A stretch of 64,000 nt of DNA, taken from positions 6,200,001 through 6,264,000 of the forward strand of contig JBNRSN020000019.1 in NCBI GenBank assembly GCA_051313645.2, read 5' to 3'. Positions 10,895 through 23,471 of this stretch are shown here, in pieces (positions within the stretch are counted from its first letter, which is position 1; each line of letters starts with the position of its first letter). Below the pieces are notes generated by a model. The model was given only the letters and a program-made list of their open reading frames with translations, had not been told where the DNA came from and did no database searches. The DNA comes from Centroscyllium fabricii. Its lineage: Eukaryota. The translations under genes and the position numbers were made by a program.

Positions 10895-12390
10895 CGGTAC
10901 AAAGGGATCTGGGGGTCCTGGTGCATGAAACACAGAAGGTTAGTATGCAGGTACAGCAGGTGATCAGGAAGGCCAATGGAATCTTGGCTTTTATTGCAAG
11001 GGGGATGGAGTATAAAAGCAGGGAAGTCTTGCTGCAGTTATACAGGGTACTGGTGAGGCCGCAACTGGAATACTGCATACAGTTTTGGTTTCCATATTTA
11101 AGAAAAGATATAGGGGGGGTTTCCTGGAGGTGCGGGAACCTGGCGGGGATTGGTCGGGGCGGGTTCCTGAGCCGCCCGGTCAAGGGCCTGGGAAGCCCAC
11201 ACTATTTTCGCCTAATCACTCAATTAAATCTCCGCATGCGGGGTGCCTCTGGTAAGTGCAGCAGTCCAGTCGCCAATTCCGGGGCTCAAACGGCATTGCA
11301 GGGGGTATTCAGACAGCTGCAGGAACTGTGTGTTTACAGTTCCCATGGAAACACTCCACTGTGACATCACAGTGGAGTGGAACCAATGGGAAAGGCCAAG
11401 TGCTGTTGAGTGACAGGTGGGCGGGCGGGCTTCAAATCTTTGACAGCTAGGTGCCGCCTGTCAGTAAATCTGGGAAGGTATGATTTCTAAGTTTTGGGCC
11501 ACAGCTGGTGGACTTACTCCTCCAGGCTGCTGAAGGCCTGGGAAGCATTTTGCTGTAGGTCCTTCAACACCTTGAAGGAGAAAGTTAGGAAGACCACTGT
11601 GCTCCCGCTGGGGTTTCACCAGCGGGGTTTTAAGATGGCGGGGGTTGGGTGGGAAGGGGGTGAAAATTGCTCAGGGCCCTTAAAATGGCATTACACATGC
11701 CAGTTTAGGGCCTTTAATGAGCTGACCAACCATCCTCGCCGGCCGCTGGCAGGAAAGATTCGGGGCGGGGGGACAGGGCGGCGGAAAATGCAAAAGCGGC
11801 GGGGATCCGATGGGCGCGGGGGGGGGGGGGCGCGATCCACCGGTTGGAGACTTGAAAATCCAGGCCATACTTGCTCTCGAGGCAGTTCAGAGAAGGTTCA
11901 CTTGGTTGATTTTGGAGATGAGGAGGTTGACTTATGAGGAAAGGTTGGGTAGGTTGGGCCTCTACTCATTGGAATTCAGAAGAATGAGAGGCGATCTTAT
12001 CGAAACATATAAGATTGTGAGGGGGCTTGATCGGGTGGACGCGGTGTGGATGTTTCCACTGATGGGTGAGACTAGAACTAGGGGGCATAATCTGAGAATA
12101 AGGGGCTGCTCTTTCAAAACTGAGCTGAGGAGAAACTTCTTCACTTAGAGGGTGGTGAATCTGTGGAATTTGCTACCCCTGAGAGCTGTGGCAGCTGCGA
12201 CATTAAATAAATTGAAAACGGAGATAGACAGTTTCCTAACTGATAGGGGAATAAGGGGTTACGGGGAGCAGGCAGTGAAGTGGACGTGAGTCTAAGTTCG
12301 GATCAGCCATGATCTTATTGAATGGCGGAGCAGGTCCGAGGGGCCGTATGGCCTACTCCTGCTCCTACTTCTTATGTGCTTACGTTATGT
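10895..12390 (+). mobile_element. CR1-type LINE 3' end, split by a MITE
   Basis: QVQQVIRKANGILAFI..LVRPQLEYCIQFW, then LEAVQRRFT..RMRGDLIETYKI..TRGH, followed by the CR1 tail (GATCAGCCATGATC...GGCCTACTCCTGCTCC). Confidence 0.92.
11113..11866. mobile_element. Harbinger-type MITE (poly-G TIR family) inside the CR1
   Basis: TSD ATA on both sides; the CR1 frame resumes after it; body shared with the copies at 21403, 28987, 33432, 42691 and 48285. Confidence 0.85.
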
Positions 12391-12619
12391 TCAAATATTT
12401 ATTTAAATCTTGACTCCTGTGGAAAATATGCCCCCTTCCCAAATACATCAGCCAAAAGACAATGGTGCAAGATGAACTCTTGCCTAATTGCCTCTTCTTA
12501 ATTGATCCATAAAGATGACATTGGGTTGCCCCAGGGAAACTAATTTCCGCGGGCCTCTTTATTTTAAGGAGGCGCAACTAATAAAAGAATTGATACGTAA
12601 ATTCCAATTTCAACAGAAC

Positions 12620-12990
12620 CTAAAGAAAGAAAGAAAAAAGACTTTACAGCCAATGAAGTCCTTTTGGAGTGTAGTCACTGTTGTAATGTGGGAAACGTGG
12701 CTGCCAATTTGCGCACAGCAAGCTCCCACAAACAACAATGGTGATAATGACCAGATAATTTGTTTTTGTTATGTTGATTGAGGGATAAATATTGGCCAGG
12801 ACACCGGATAGCTCCCTTGCTTTTCTTCAAAATAGCGCCATGGGATCTTTCACGTCCACAAGAGAGAGCAGACGGGGCATCAGGTTTAACGTCTCATCCG
12901 AAAGACGGTACCTCCGACAGTGCAGCTCCCCCTCAGCACTGCACTGGAGTGTCAGCCTAGCTTTATGTGCTCAGGTCCCTGGAGTGGGAC
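12620..12990 (-). mobile_element. DeuSINE/SacSINE1-like SINE
   Basis: Homologous to the + strand partial copy at about 19690-19910; family assignment from memory. Confidence 0.6.
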
Positions 12991-13276
12991 ACATCTGTGT
13001 GTGTCCTAGAATTGTACTTTCAAATGATAAGTATCTTCTTTCAACAATTCGAAATGCAAGGACTCTTCCATAGAATCCAAGAATGACTCATTTTACAGTC
13101 AGATTCAGTGTAAATTTGACCTGATGCTGTTGGTTAAGGGGAACCCCATAAAGCGTGATGTCAGGTTACTATTGAGTTTGGTAGCTTTTTTGTTTATCTA
13201 TTTAAAAGCCTGTGGTTAGCAGATCACACAGTGAAACTCAGGCACGACAGGTTTGTGCGGTTTTCCACAAAAGTTT

Positions 13277-14402
13277 AGGGGGGAATTTTCGCAAAGGTGT
13301 GGGAAGCTGGCATGTTTTGGGCGTGTCAGTTTTCTGACACAAATGTTTGAGGGCCCGGGAATCCCACGCAATTTTGGCTTAACTGGCCAATTATTTGCCT
13401 GTGTGTGGGGTGCCCCTGCCATATACAATTTCCAGTCGGAAAGCAGCCGGCTGGAGTTGACAGCCGCAGGTTTGATTGGCAGAACTGCCAGTGTGTTGTT
13501 AGTTTCTATGGAACCAGCCCATTGTGACATCACAATGGAGTGCAACCAATCTCAAAGCCCAAGTGGGTTGAGTGACAGGTCTAAGGACTCGCTGCAAAGC
13601 TTTCACAGTGAGTGACCATCTCTCTATGAAGCAGTGCAGCATCTGTCAAGGTAAGTGATTTGAGTGTATCCAATGCAGATGGGGCGTGGACAGGAGACCT
13701 CTTAATGTCTTTTCTCTTTATTCTCTCTTCTCTTTTGTTTTCTGTTCCCTCCCAGTCCACTGCCTTCCTACCTCTTTCATTTCCTGGCTTTTGTCTTGAC
13801 AAAGGGTTGGAACCTGAAACGTCAACTCTATATTTCTCTCCACGGATGTTGCCTGACCTGCTGAGTTTTTCCAGCATTTTCTGTTGTTATTTGGGATCAC
13901 AGTGGCTTTGGTCACTTTCACCTTCAAGGCATTGAAGGACCTACAGCAAAATGCCTTCCAGGCCTTCAACACCCTGGAGGTGTAAGTGACTCCCTTGGAT
14001 GAAGACCAGCTGTGGAGAAAACACTCAAATCACTGACCTTGACAGATGCTGCAGAGACGTCCCCTCACTGTGGAAGCTTTGCAGCGAGTCCTTAGACCTG
14101 TCACTCAAGTCACCTGGGCTTTGAGATTGGTTGCACTCCATTGTGATGTCACAATGGACTGTTTCCAAGAAACTAACAACACACAGCCTCTAGAACTGCC
14201 AATCAAACCTGCGGCTGTCAACTCCAGCCGGCTGCTTTCCGACTGGAAATTGTGTATTGGCAGGAGCACCCTGAAGGGTCTTCGACCTGAAATGTTGACT
14301 CTGTTTCTCTCTCCACTGATGCTGCCTGGCCTGCTGAGTTTTTCCAGCGTTTTCTGTTGTTATTTCGGATTTCCAGCACCCGCAGTATTTTGCTATCGTA
14401 AA
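13277..14402. mobile_element. Composite of MITE pieces in inverted duplication, interleaved with two Penelope 3'-tail fragments
   Basis: About 13420-13660 is the near-exact reverse complement of about 14030-14260; Penelope tails with decayed hammerheads at 13695-13890 and 14270-14400. Confidence 0.7.
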
Positions 14403-14962
14403 TAGGTCCCATCCTGAAGTAGCAAGGTTCATTGAGTGGACATTACAGCATCGTTATTTACAATGTACAAGCAACAGAAATGCTGTCAACAGCTGTTTAC
14501 AATATTGCCATAGAGGGGGCTATATTATCAAAATCACAAAGTGCTACAGAACCAAATAGCAAAGTATTTAGCAGTATTGGAAGCATAGCAGCTCCTTCTC
14601 CACTTAATTCCTTTGGAGTGCAATTTTCATAATTAATTTTGAAGCCAGTAGAGTACAGATTATGGACAATCACATCGCTATGTGGTGACGGATGCTTATA
14701 TTGCATTTGCACAATGTGAACTGAAGCAATAACAGAACCTTGCTTGCCTTCTGTTTATTGCATTGCATTTAGAACAAGAAATTTGTATAACTAGCTTATC
14801 CATTTTCATTGATCAATTCCATATTTCACCATATCCCTCAAATACATCTCCTTGATCCTTATGAATTCTACATTGGAATAAGTGGAATGGATGAATACAA
14901 AACATTTAAAAGCATTTTAAAACCTGTAGTTTTGCCATGCTTAGTAGCTGAGTGGACATATT

Positions 14963-15758
14963 GGGGTCAATTTTCCTGGAGCCAACAGGCAGCTTTTTCA
15001 GCGGCTGGGGGAGGAAAAATCACTAAAAGGGGGGGGGGCCGTGACCCTTTCCGCCAGCTTGTCAGTTTCAGGCCGGCGGGTCCAATCAGCCCATTTCAGT
15101 CCCGGCCGGCATTGGCGGGGATGGTCGTTAGGTTCATTAGGGGCCCTTAATTGATATGTATAATGCCATTTTAAGGACCCATTGCAAATTTCAGCCTGGG
15201 AACCCCGCCGGTGAAACCTAGTAGGGACACATTCGGTTTGCTGACTTTCACTTTCAAGGCATTGAAGCATCTGTAGCAGAATGGCTTCCTGGCCTCCAGC
15301 ATGTTGGAGGTATAACTGTCTCCCTAGGGTGCTCAAGATTAGTGGGAAAAAACTTTCAAAAACTTACCTTCCAGCTGCTTTCTAGTGATTGACAGATAGG
15401 CATTCCCTAGCTGTCAGGAGCCTGCCAGTCAAACAAACCACTTAGAGCTGTCAATCATCGACTTGCGGCTAGGTTCTGTTGACAGTGGATTGTGATGTCA
15501 CAATTCACTGAAACAACAGAAAGAAACAGACCAGACCACTTAGAGCTGTCAATCATGGGCTCTGCTGGTTACACTGTGGGAGCTCCACTGGCTTTCTATC
15601 TAAAATCAATCAATTGGCAGGGGCTCCCCATATGCGGCGATTTAATTGGCCAATTGAGCCAAAATTGCATGGGGCTCCCACACCGCTCAGAAAGCAGGAA
15701 GAAAAAGTGATCTGGGGGGAACCCACCAATTCCCCACACCTTGAAGAAAATTGACACC
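14963..15758. mobile_element. Harbinger-type MITE
   Basis: TIR GGGGTCAATTTT / AAAATTGACACC; TSD ATT. Confidence 0.85.
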
Positions 15759-16357
15759 ATTCTGTCTCTTTCAGTATTGAGAATAAAGCTGTTTATAAAA
15801 TGAAAGGTATCTTAATTCTAATTGGCAGGATAAGTAGTGATACATGACTGGCCCAAATCTCTGGGGTATCAATGGGGTGCATATCAGCACTGGAGGATTT
15901 ATCGTGGAATTTGCCAGGGACATGGTCTAGCTAAATAGGGAAGACCTAACGAGGATGCGTACTTTAATTACCGCTGCTTGATCTTCTGTATTTACTAATG
16001 AAATAACAGATAGATTTGAAATGTTTCAAACAAATTCTAGGCCAATTTTTAAGCATAACCCATCTTAGAAGGTATTCTATAGGTATAAATGAGAGTCTTG
16101 CAACCTATACAATTGATATTTAACATTTATGAAATCAAGAAAGACCATTTTTACACTAGATTTTAAACTTAATGGTCAGTAGAGTTTGATGTTAATAATA
16201 TGCAATCCCAAGTATCCATTTGAAGCACCCAGATTCACAGTAGAAAACCAAAGTGCCTAATTCTCCAAATGGCACACACACAACCATGAATTAAAAACCA
16301 TGCGACAGTCCCACAGTAGGTGCATGACATGCCCATTGCTAACGTTACAACACTACT

Positions 16358-18837
16358 TGTTGTGTCTCCTAGCGCTCGTAGTGCTTTGTAAAGATGACTC
16401 TGGACTCAGTAGTTTGATTTTGTTATCTTGGTACTTTACTTATTACAAATGGCTGCGCCCTCATGGTGCGGGCTGATACATCCGACTGCCAGTGAGACGG
16501 CTGCAGCACTTCTTTTCCAGCACCGTAGTGCTGCTGTTTGATTTAGGTGTTAGTACACTTGTATAAAGTAGTCCCACAAATAACTATGTAACATCCTTCT
16601 TTCCCAACAAAACTAATTACATCAATTTCTATATTACAAATGTTTACAGCTAACTAACGTTAACAAACTACAGAAACGTGAGCTTTCTTTGCTCATTTTA
16701 TGTACAGATATTTGTCCATGTTCTTCTACTGTTCCGTGCGAATTATAATTGTCTTATATAATTATTCGCGATACCGCTCAGGTGGTTGTATGTTACTCCT
16801 CCATCTTGTGGACTTGGCTGCAACTATTCCTTTCTGCGGTGTTTCGGTGTGTTCTTTCCTTGTTTTCAGTGCTGTTGTGTTTTGCTCAGGAGAGTGCATG
16901 TTCACAGTTGTTGTCTTTGCTGTGTTTGTTTCTGGCGTTATATTGTTGTCCGTATCTGGCATCATATCTGCTGTTAATGTTGTCCGCTGTTTGGCCACTT
17001 CAGGTGAGGGCCTGATATGGATCCTGTTTCTCCTGTATTGGTTCCCAGGTTCTGTCTCTACCAAGTAGGATCTTGGAGTGTCAGCTTTTCCAATAACCTT
17101 GGCTGGACTCCATGTTTTCGATAACGTTTTTTAGTCTTGTCAGGAAATCGTCGGCCGTTTCATCTGGTTCCTGTCTTATGCTTTGGAATTTATACCTGAG
17201 TATGCGGTAGTTTGATTTAGGCTCGAGATGGTTACTGAACCTTTCATAAATTTTCATAGGGTTCGTTTTATCCTCTTCGGTTAAACTCCAGCTGTTATAG
17301 AGATCTAAGCCTTTTTCTCCCATCCACAGTTGTCACAGGGTGCCTGTCCCTTTAAGATTTCAAAGACAGCTTGGTTGTGTGCTCACAGCTGAATTGAGGA
17401 CTTGTTCCCCTGTTATTCTATTAATCTTATCTATTATCTGTTTCACTTGACTGTGTGTCCCTGTTCTCATTGCCTGCAGCTTATTGGCTAACACCAAATG
17501 ATCTGTTTGCCGGTTTGGTTCATAAGCTGGAGGTAGTGATGAGGCAGGGGCGGGATCATTGAATTGCTACATTCATTGGATTGACTTTCTTCATACTGCT
17601 GGAGGAGTTGGTTTCTGTGCTGAGCTGCTCGAGAGGCAATGGGGTTTGGAGCTCATATCACTCAGCCTTGACATTGCACTCTGCTATTCTGCAGCTCAGG
17701 CTTGGACATTCATCTGTCGAGTAAGGGCGTCCCCCTGCTAGTGGATCAGGTATTCTCTTCCTCAGAAGACTCCGGGGGAGTGAGTCTCGACCGCAGGGCG
17801 GACTCGGAAGAGATTTCAGAATCTACTCCTTGGACATTTGGTCATTATCAACCGAACTCAGGTTTGGACGTTGCTGTAGGGTATGCAAGGAGTCCCAAGG
17901 ATTCTGGATGGTATTCTCTTCCTCAGAAGACTCAGTTGGAGTGAGTCTCGACCGCAGGGCGGACTCGGAAGAGATCCAGTTTTGCACCCACCTGGATTCA
18001 GGATTTGGACATGTATTCCTCGGGTCAATGATGCGCTTGGCTGCATAGCATTCCTCTACTCTATTCCACACAACTTTGGAAAGTATTGTACCAGTTCCGA
18101 ATGGAACTTGATTTCTATTTCTATCTTGTATTTTGTAACTGTAATGAAGCTTGTGCCAGTCTTCAGTAAAGACTTGTTTAGATGTTTAATAGATTTGTGT
18201 ATGTGTGAATGCAATTTATGAGGGTTTTGTTATTTATATATATTAAAGGAGTTTTGCTTTAGAAAGACGTTTCAGTGTCTCTGCATTTGGGCCCCACCAC
18301 AATCCGTTACAGCATTCCGTTACAACAGTAGAATGTAGTTGACTTTTTCTTCATCGGCAGAGCTTTTTAGAAAGCTTTTAAAAGTAAGACATTTTTGCTT
18401 AAATTTCTGGAAAGCTTCCACAACATCGTTGGCTTCCCAGTTCATAATGGGGAGCATATTTGCGGTCAGTGCATTGGACACCGCCATTTTAGCTGCCCAT
18501 ATGATTTGTGGTTAGAACACTGCAGAGATTACTTTTAAATATCTTCACTCTGAGATCGTTTTGTTTTGCGTAAGTTTTACTCACTTATACCGCTGCCACC
18601 ATGTTGTGTCTCCTAGCGCTCGTAGTGCTTTGGAAAGATGACTCTGGACTCAGTAGTTTGATTTTGTTATCTTAGTACTTTACTTATTACAAATGACTGC
18701 TCCCTCATGGTGTGGGTTGATACATCCGACTGCCAGTGAGACGGCTGCAGCAATTCTTTTCCAGCACCGTAGTGCTGCTGTTTGATTTAGGTGTTAGTAC
18801 ACTTGTATAAAGTAGTCCCACAAATAACTATGTAACA
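16358..18837 (-). mobile_element. Internally deleted (non-autonomous) Gypsy element with a tRNA-Leu PBS
   Basis: 236-bp LTRs at 16358-16593 and 18602-18837; TSD CTACT; PBS TGGTGGCAGCGGT (18601-18589) complementary to the tRNA-Leu 3' end ACCGCTGCCACCA; PPT GGGAAAGAAGGA; gag fragment (EEKVNYILLWMGEKGLDLYNSW..RQEPDETADDFLTRL) joined directly to an integrase tail (PRSYLVETEPGNQYRRNRIHIR). Confidence 0.93.
17331..18324. mobile_element. 994-bp solo LTR nested in the gag remnant
   Basis: TGTCAC...GTTACA termini; TSD ACAGT (17326-17330, 18325-18329); gag codons rejoin across it. Confidence 0.85.
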
Positions 18838-19689
18838 CTACTGACAGAGATTGAATTTAAATTCCATGCCACATTGAGTACCTCTACCTTAATCTGGCAT
18901 TGGATGTGAGAACTCTGGCACATTGTAGATCATCTTTCATGAATAGCATTAGTGGTAAGTGATGGCGCCAGTCTGTCTGGCTTCCATGGTAACTGGCATC
19001 GCCTGAGCTTCGGTAGTGTTTTGAGGTAGCGCCTCACTCCCTGATGTTTGCGCCTTAAGAGAGGTGTGTAGCGCCTGATTTAGTGCCCAAATCACCTCCA
19101 GGGGCGATAGAGGAAAATTTTGCAGACGGAGGCGATAATTAGCGCCGGTGCGCTAAACTTTGCGCCCAGCCGGTATTAGCACCTAAAATGGGCGATACCC
19201 ACTTCTTCCCCTTTGTTTTTAAAAGAAGTTAGTTTATGTACCATTATTCTGGGAATCTATTTTACACAGCCACTCTTCTGTGGGGATAACGTCTCCCAAA
19301 GGCTAATTAATTAATCAATCACATTATTAATTTTATGCCTAGTTTTGCAATTTACAGTGTAAGTTAATTTTTTTTTCATATATCGATATTACCCATAACT
19401 TTCAAAATGCTGAAAAAAACCTGGATGATGTCCCCTTTCAACTTGAGTTCTGTGAATCTTTCTTCATAACTTACAACATAAAACCCCAAATAATTTTGTT
19501 CTAGTTCTCTGAAAACTCTCCAGTACCTCCGTGCATTTTTGAAGGTAGATTGCCAAAAATGCCCATGAAATTTGAAAAGTAGCAACACCAATGAGTGACA
19601 CTGCATTAAAATCTGTTTTGACTTGCAATAAAAGGTATATTGCAATGTTAGTGTGCTGCATCACTGAAGCTGCATCTTAAGTGTCAAAC

Positions 19690-19910
19690 ATGGCTCAGTC
19701 TAGCACTCTCGCCTCTGAGTCAGAAGGATTCAAGCCCCACTCCAGAGATTTGAGCACAAAATGTAGGCTGGTACAATACTGAGGGCGTGCTGCCCTGTCG
19801 GACATGCCATCTTTTGGAGGGGACACGAAACCGAGGCCCTGTCTGCCCTCTCAGGTGAATGTAAAAGAGCCAATGGCTCTATTTCGAAGAAGAGCAGGGG
19901 AGCTCTTACC
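19690..19910 (+). mobile_element. DeuSINE/SacSINE1-like 5' part
   Basis: tRNA-like head (TGGCTCAGT...GGATTCAAGCCC); body homologous to 12620-12990. Confidence 0.6.
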
Positions 19911-20613
19911 TTGGTCCTCAGAATCCCAAAACAATCAGCCCCAATACCAGCATCACCGGGCACACCAGCAGCACCAACATTCACACCAACCTTCTCCGCA
20001 ATCAACTGATGCTGCACTGGTCACAGGGCATCATTGCCCGTGCACATTGCTGCCCGGGAGGCCAGCGATGGTCTCACCATGTCCAGATTTGCTTCATTTA
20101 ACACGTACACCCTGGCTGCCACATGATGCACCAGGTTGGCACTACCTAATACCAGCACCATAAAGCATTCCTACAATGTCCAAGCCATTCCTTTCACACT
20201 CATCACAATTGTGGTGGCGGTTGGGGGAGGTGTTATCTTTCACCATTCACTGGAACTCACTAAGACACTTTCAAAGGTGAACACAAATCTGTCCTAGAAG
20301 GCAAAGTGGGTGATAATAAGGATTTCACTGGTTGACAACACATTAACAGAAAGTTTACACGAACATTGACTAAAACACCCAAGTGCCTACCCTTGTGGGT
20401 TGTTAGTTTGCATGATTGGACTAGGATGAGGGTGAGTGTGAGCGGTGGTCAGTGAGATGAAGAAGTGATAATATAGATAGAGAGGGATGGATGGCAGTGC
20501 AAGGTAAGTTGGTGTAAGGATGTGCAGGAGTATGGTAGGGAAGGCAGAGTGATGGGGATGTGATGAGTGGCACAGCAGGATGAGGTTGAGTGTGGCTTTG
20601 CAGTAAGGTTTCG

Positions 20614-20823
20614 TGATCTACTGAGATACTTGAAAGGTTTACGCAACTGCAGCCTAGTCCTCCTGATGACATCCCTGCTTGTGTCGTCCTGTGCAATGTG
20701 CAACCAGGCTGTGTTGGTGTCCTGGGGAGGTCTTTTCTGCCCATGGGAAGGGAACCGAAGCTCCCTGCGTGCTGTGACTCCCTCCATAAGCATATGAAGG
20801 GAGTCATGGGAGAGCCTGGGTGC
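20614..20823 (-). pseudogene. Myb/SANT-like DNA-binding domain remnant of a Harbinger transposon
   Basis: APRLSHDSLHMLMEGVTARRELRFP..AWLHIAQDDTSRDVIRRTRLQLRKPFKYL follows the Myb/SANT-like (MSANTD) pattern of the Harbinger accessory protein. Confidence 0.75.
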
Positions 20824-21137
20824 AGCCGTGCACCTTTGTGCAGTGCTTGTCAGTGTTTGCAGCACCTCAATACTGTAGAACATTGACAGCACAAATGTCA
20901 AAATAAATTTGGACATGGTCCCTTTAAGGAAAGCGGCTGACGCGTCATCAAATGACATCATCAGTCCTGCTTCCTATGAAATGGGCTGGGAACCTCGCAG
21001 GGCGGACTTAACAAGTCCCATCATCATACAATTTTGTTGGAGGCCGGGATCGAGACAGTTGCCAGGACCCCACACAACACGGACGTCGCCCGCCACGGAC
21101 CCGCCAACGTTTCAGGTCTATGACTGTTCATTACAAC

Positions 21138-21235
21138 TGTTCTGATGAAAGGTCATCGACCTGAAACGTTAATTCTGTTGCTCTCCCTCCACAGATGCTG
21201 CCTGGCCGGCTCATTATTTCCAGCATTTTCTGTTT
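21138..21235 (+). ncRNA. Penelope tail with a minimal hammerhead ribozyme
   Basis: CTGATGA-AAGGTC-ATC-GACCT-GAAA-CGTT, followed by the typical CCACAGATGCTGCCTG tail. Confidence 0.7.
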
Positions 21236-21402
21236 ACACTTCAACATTACTTCACTGGCTATAAGGCGCTTTGGGAAACCCCGAGGTTGTGAAAGGCGCT
21301 ATATAAATGCAAGACTTTCTTTCTTTATCATACATTTGAATATTTCAATGAAGGAGTTATTTAAATCTTAATGAGATGTTATAAGTAAATGCTTGGATAC
21401 AA

Positions 21403-22174
21403 AGGTTTTCAGTCCCCGTGAGGCGGGGTCGGCCGTCAAAATCGCGGAACCGGCAGGTTGCAACCACCCCACCACCCCCCCGCCGGATCCCTGCCGCTTT
21501 GATATTGTTCCCCGCCCCGAAACCTTACCGCCGGTGGCTGGCGGGGATGGGTTGTCACCTCCTTAAGGGCCCTTAATTGGCATGTTTAATAACATTTTAA
21601 GGGCCCTTCTGAATTTTCATCCCATTCCCACCCTAACCTCGCCAGCCTAAAACCCCGCTGGTTAAACCCAGCGGGAGCACAGCGCTATTCATTACTTTCT
21701 CCTTCAAGGTGCTGAAGGATATGCTGCAAAATGCTTGGCATGCCTTCAGCACCTTGGAGGAGTAAGTCACTCCATGGTGGGTACACTAGCTGTGGGCAAA
21801 AACTGAGAAATCTCAGCTTTGCACATTTCCTGAAAGCCGCTGACTAGCTGTCAAAGGTTCGGAGCCCGCCCGCCCACCTGTCAGTCACCAGCACTTGACT
21901 TTTCCCATTGGTTCCACTCGACTGTGATGTCACAGTGGAGTGTTTCCATGGGAACTGTCAACAACCAGTGCTGGAACTGTCAATCAAGCTGCGAGCAGCC
22001 GGCTACAGCTCCGACTCGATTGAGTCAATTACCACCGGCTGCCGCATGCAGGGATTTAATTACTCAATTAAATGAAAATTGCGTGGGGTTCCCAGGTCTT
22101 TGGGTGGGCGGGACAGGAACCCGCCCCGATCAATCTCCGCCAGGTTCCCGCACTTCCGGCAAAATCGCCCCCCC
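21403..22174. mobile_element. Harbinger-type MITE (poly-G family), reverse orientation
   Basis: Closely matches 42691-43440; right TIR AAAATCGCCCCCCC, left end degraded. Confidence 0.8.
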
Positions 22175-22740
22175 AACGTTAAAAGCTCTCTGTCACAAGT
22201 GATCACATGGGTCATTTTACATCAACCATGGCTAGTAAAACCACACAGGCATTTTGAATATAAGCAGTTTTACGAAAATGTCTTAAAATGGGGACATCCA
22301 AGTAACTTATTCAGTTTGGCAGCAGTTGTTGATAGAGAAGATCTTCCCCAAGTGAAATATCTGGAGTATGGTCTGACTGACCTCAACAGCTGCTCTTTAT
22401 TTTGTGGTTAGGTTTCTCATGGAACGCAAGTCTGATGTAGAAGTAATTGCTCTGTCAATTTTTTTTTAAAGTTCTGTCTCACTCTTAATCGGCAATTCAT
22501 ACATGATTTGCTCTGTATGTGAAGTTTCAGATCACTTAAGTATATCAAACGAACAGAGCCACATAGGCAGGGCATTATTTATTGCTAACCTTGCTTACGA
22601 CTTTTGCCTTAAGAGGCATTAATAAGCATTGGAACCAATGTATATATTAGACCAATATATAAATTGGTCACTTTAACATTGTTATCTAATGCATTCTTTA
22701 CCTTCACCTTTGTTTTCCCTGGCTCTTTTTTTGGTGTTAG

Positions 22741-22914
22741 TGCTCAGTGACCTGTGGAGCGGGGTTTCAGCAAAGGGAAGTCTTCTGCAGGCTGAAGGGC
22801 GTAGGTCGAATCATTGAAGAGGCGTGCGATCCATTCTCTCGCCCAGCCAGCACACAGCAGTGCCGACTGCCTGACTGTCTACGCTATGAATGGCTTGCAG
22901 ATAAATGGCAAGAC
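22741..22914 (+). CDS. adamts20: Internal exon encoding a thrombospondin type-1 repeat, ADAMTS20-like
   Basis: Polypyrimidine tract plus TAG acceptor, GTAAGT donor, 174 bp, phase 0-0: CSVTCGAGFQQREVFCRLKGVGRIIEEACDPFSRPASTQQCRLPDCLRYEWLADKWQD. The CRLKGVG segment matches ADAMTS20 as I recall it. The exon call is firmer than the gene symbol. Confidence 0.85.
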
Positions 22915-23471
22915 GTAAGTATGGCCTGATAAGATGAAAAAGTTAACGTCAGAAATGACAGAGGGGCTTCTTTTATGGGGCTTCCTCTCGAATAGGGACT
23001 TCAAATAAATGTTTGCGTGTTCCGGCATAAATAGTGCCTACAGTTATTTGACCAGGTGCCAAACCAGATATGCATGGGAACTCGAAAGGAAGCCGCAAAC
23101 TGTGTCTCCAAAAATCCAGACAGTATTGTTTAAATGTTCCTTTTTTTTGGTACCAGAACTTTAACCCTATAGTGTGGCTGTTTCGCTCATTTTTAAAGAG
23201 CCTGCCCAGCGACATATTCCTTGATTGTCTCTGTGTTCTTTGTAATAGGTTGTATTCCTGCTCTTTTCTTTCTGTGCTCGGCTGAATTTCAGTCATATCA
23301 AAATTAATGTAATTTTGCACCTTCAGAATGTTTAAAAAGTATTTTATTCTAGGCATTAACTCTTTGGGTGAAGAAGTAATTTATAACATCAATCCTTTTA
23401 CCAGTTTCTACCAATGTCCCCATTACAAATTCTGGTCTGCCTTCGATACCTTCTTTCGTTTAGTTACGTTT

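Noticed and set aside
13795-13830. Hammerhead-like sequences at about 13795, 14270, 28468 and 33410
   Set aside because: Core or stem II is mutated or interrupted; kept only as Penelope remnants, not as functional ribozymes.
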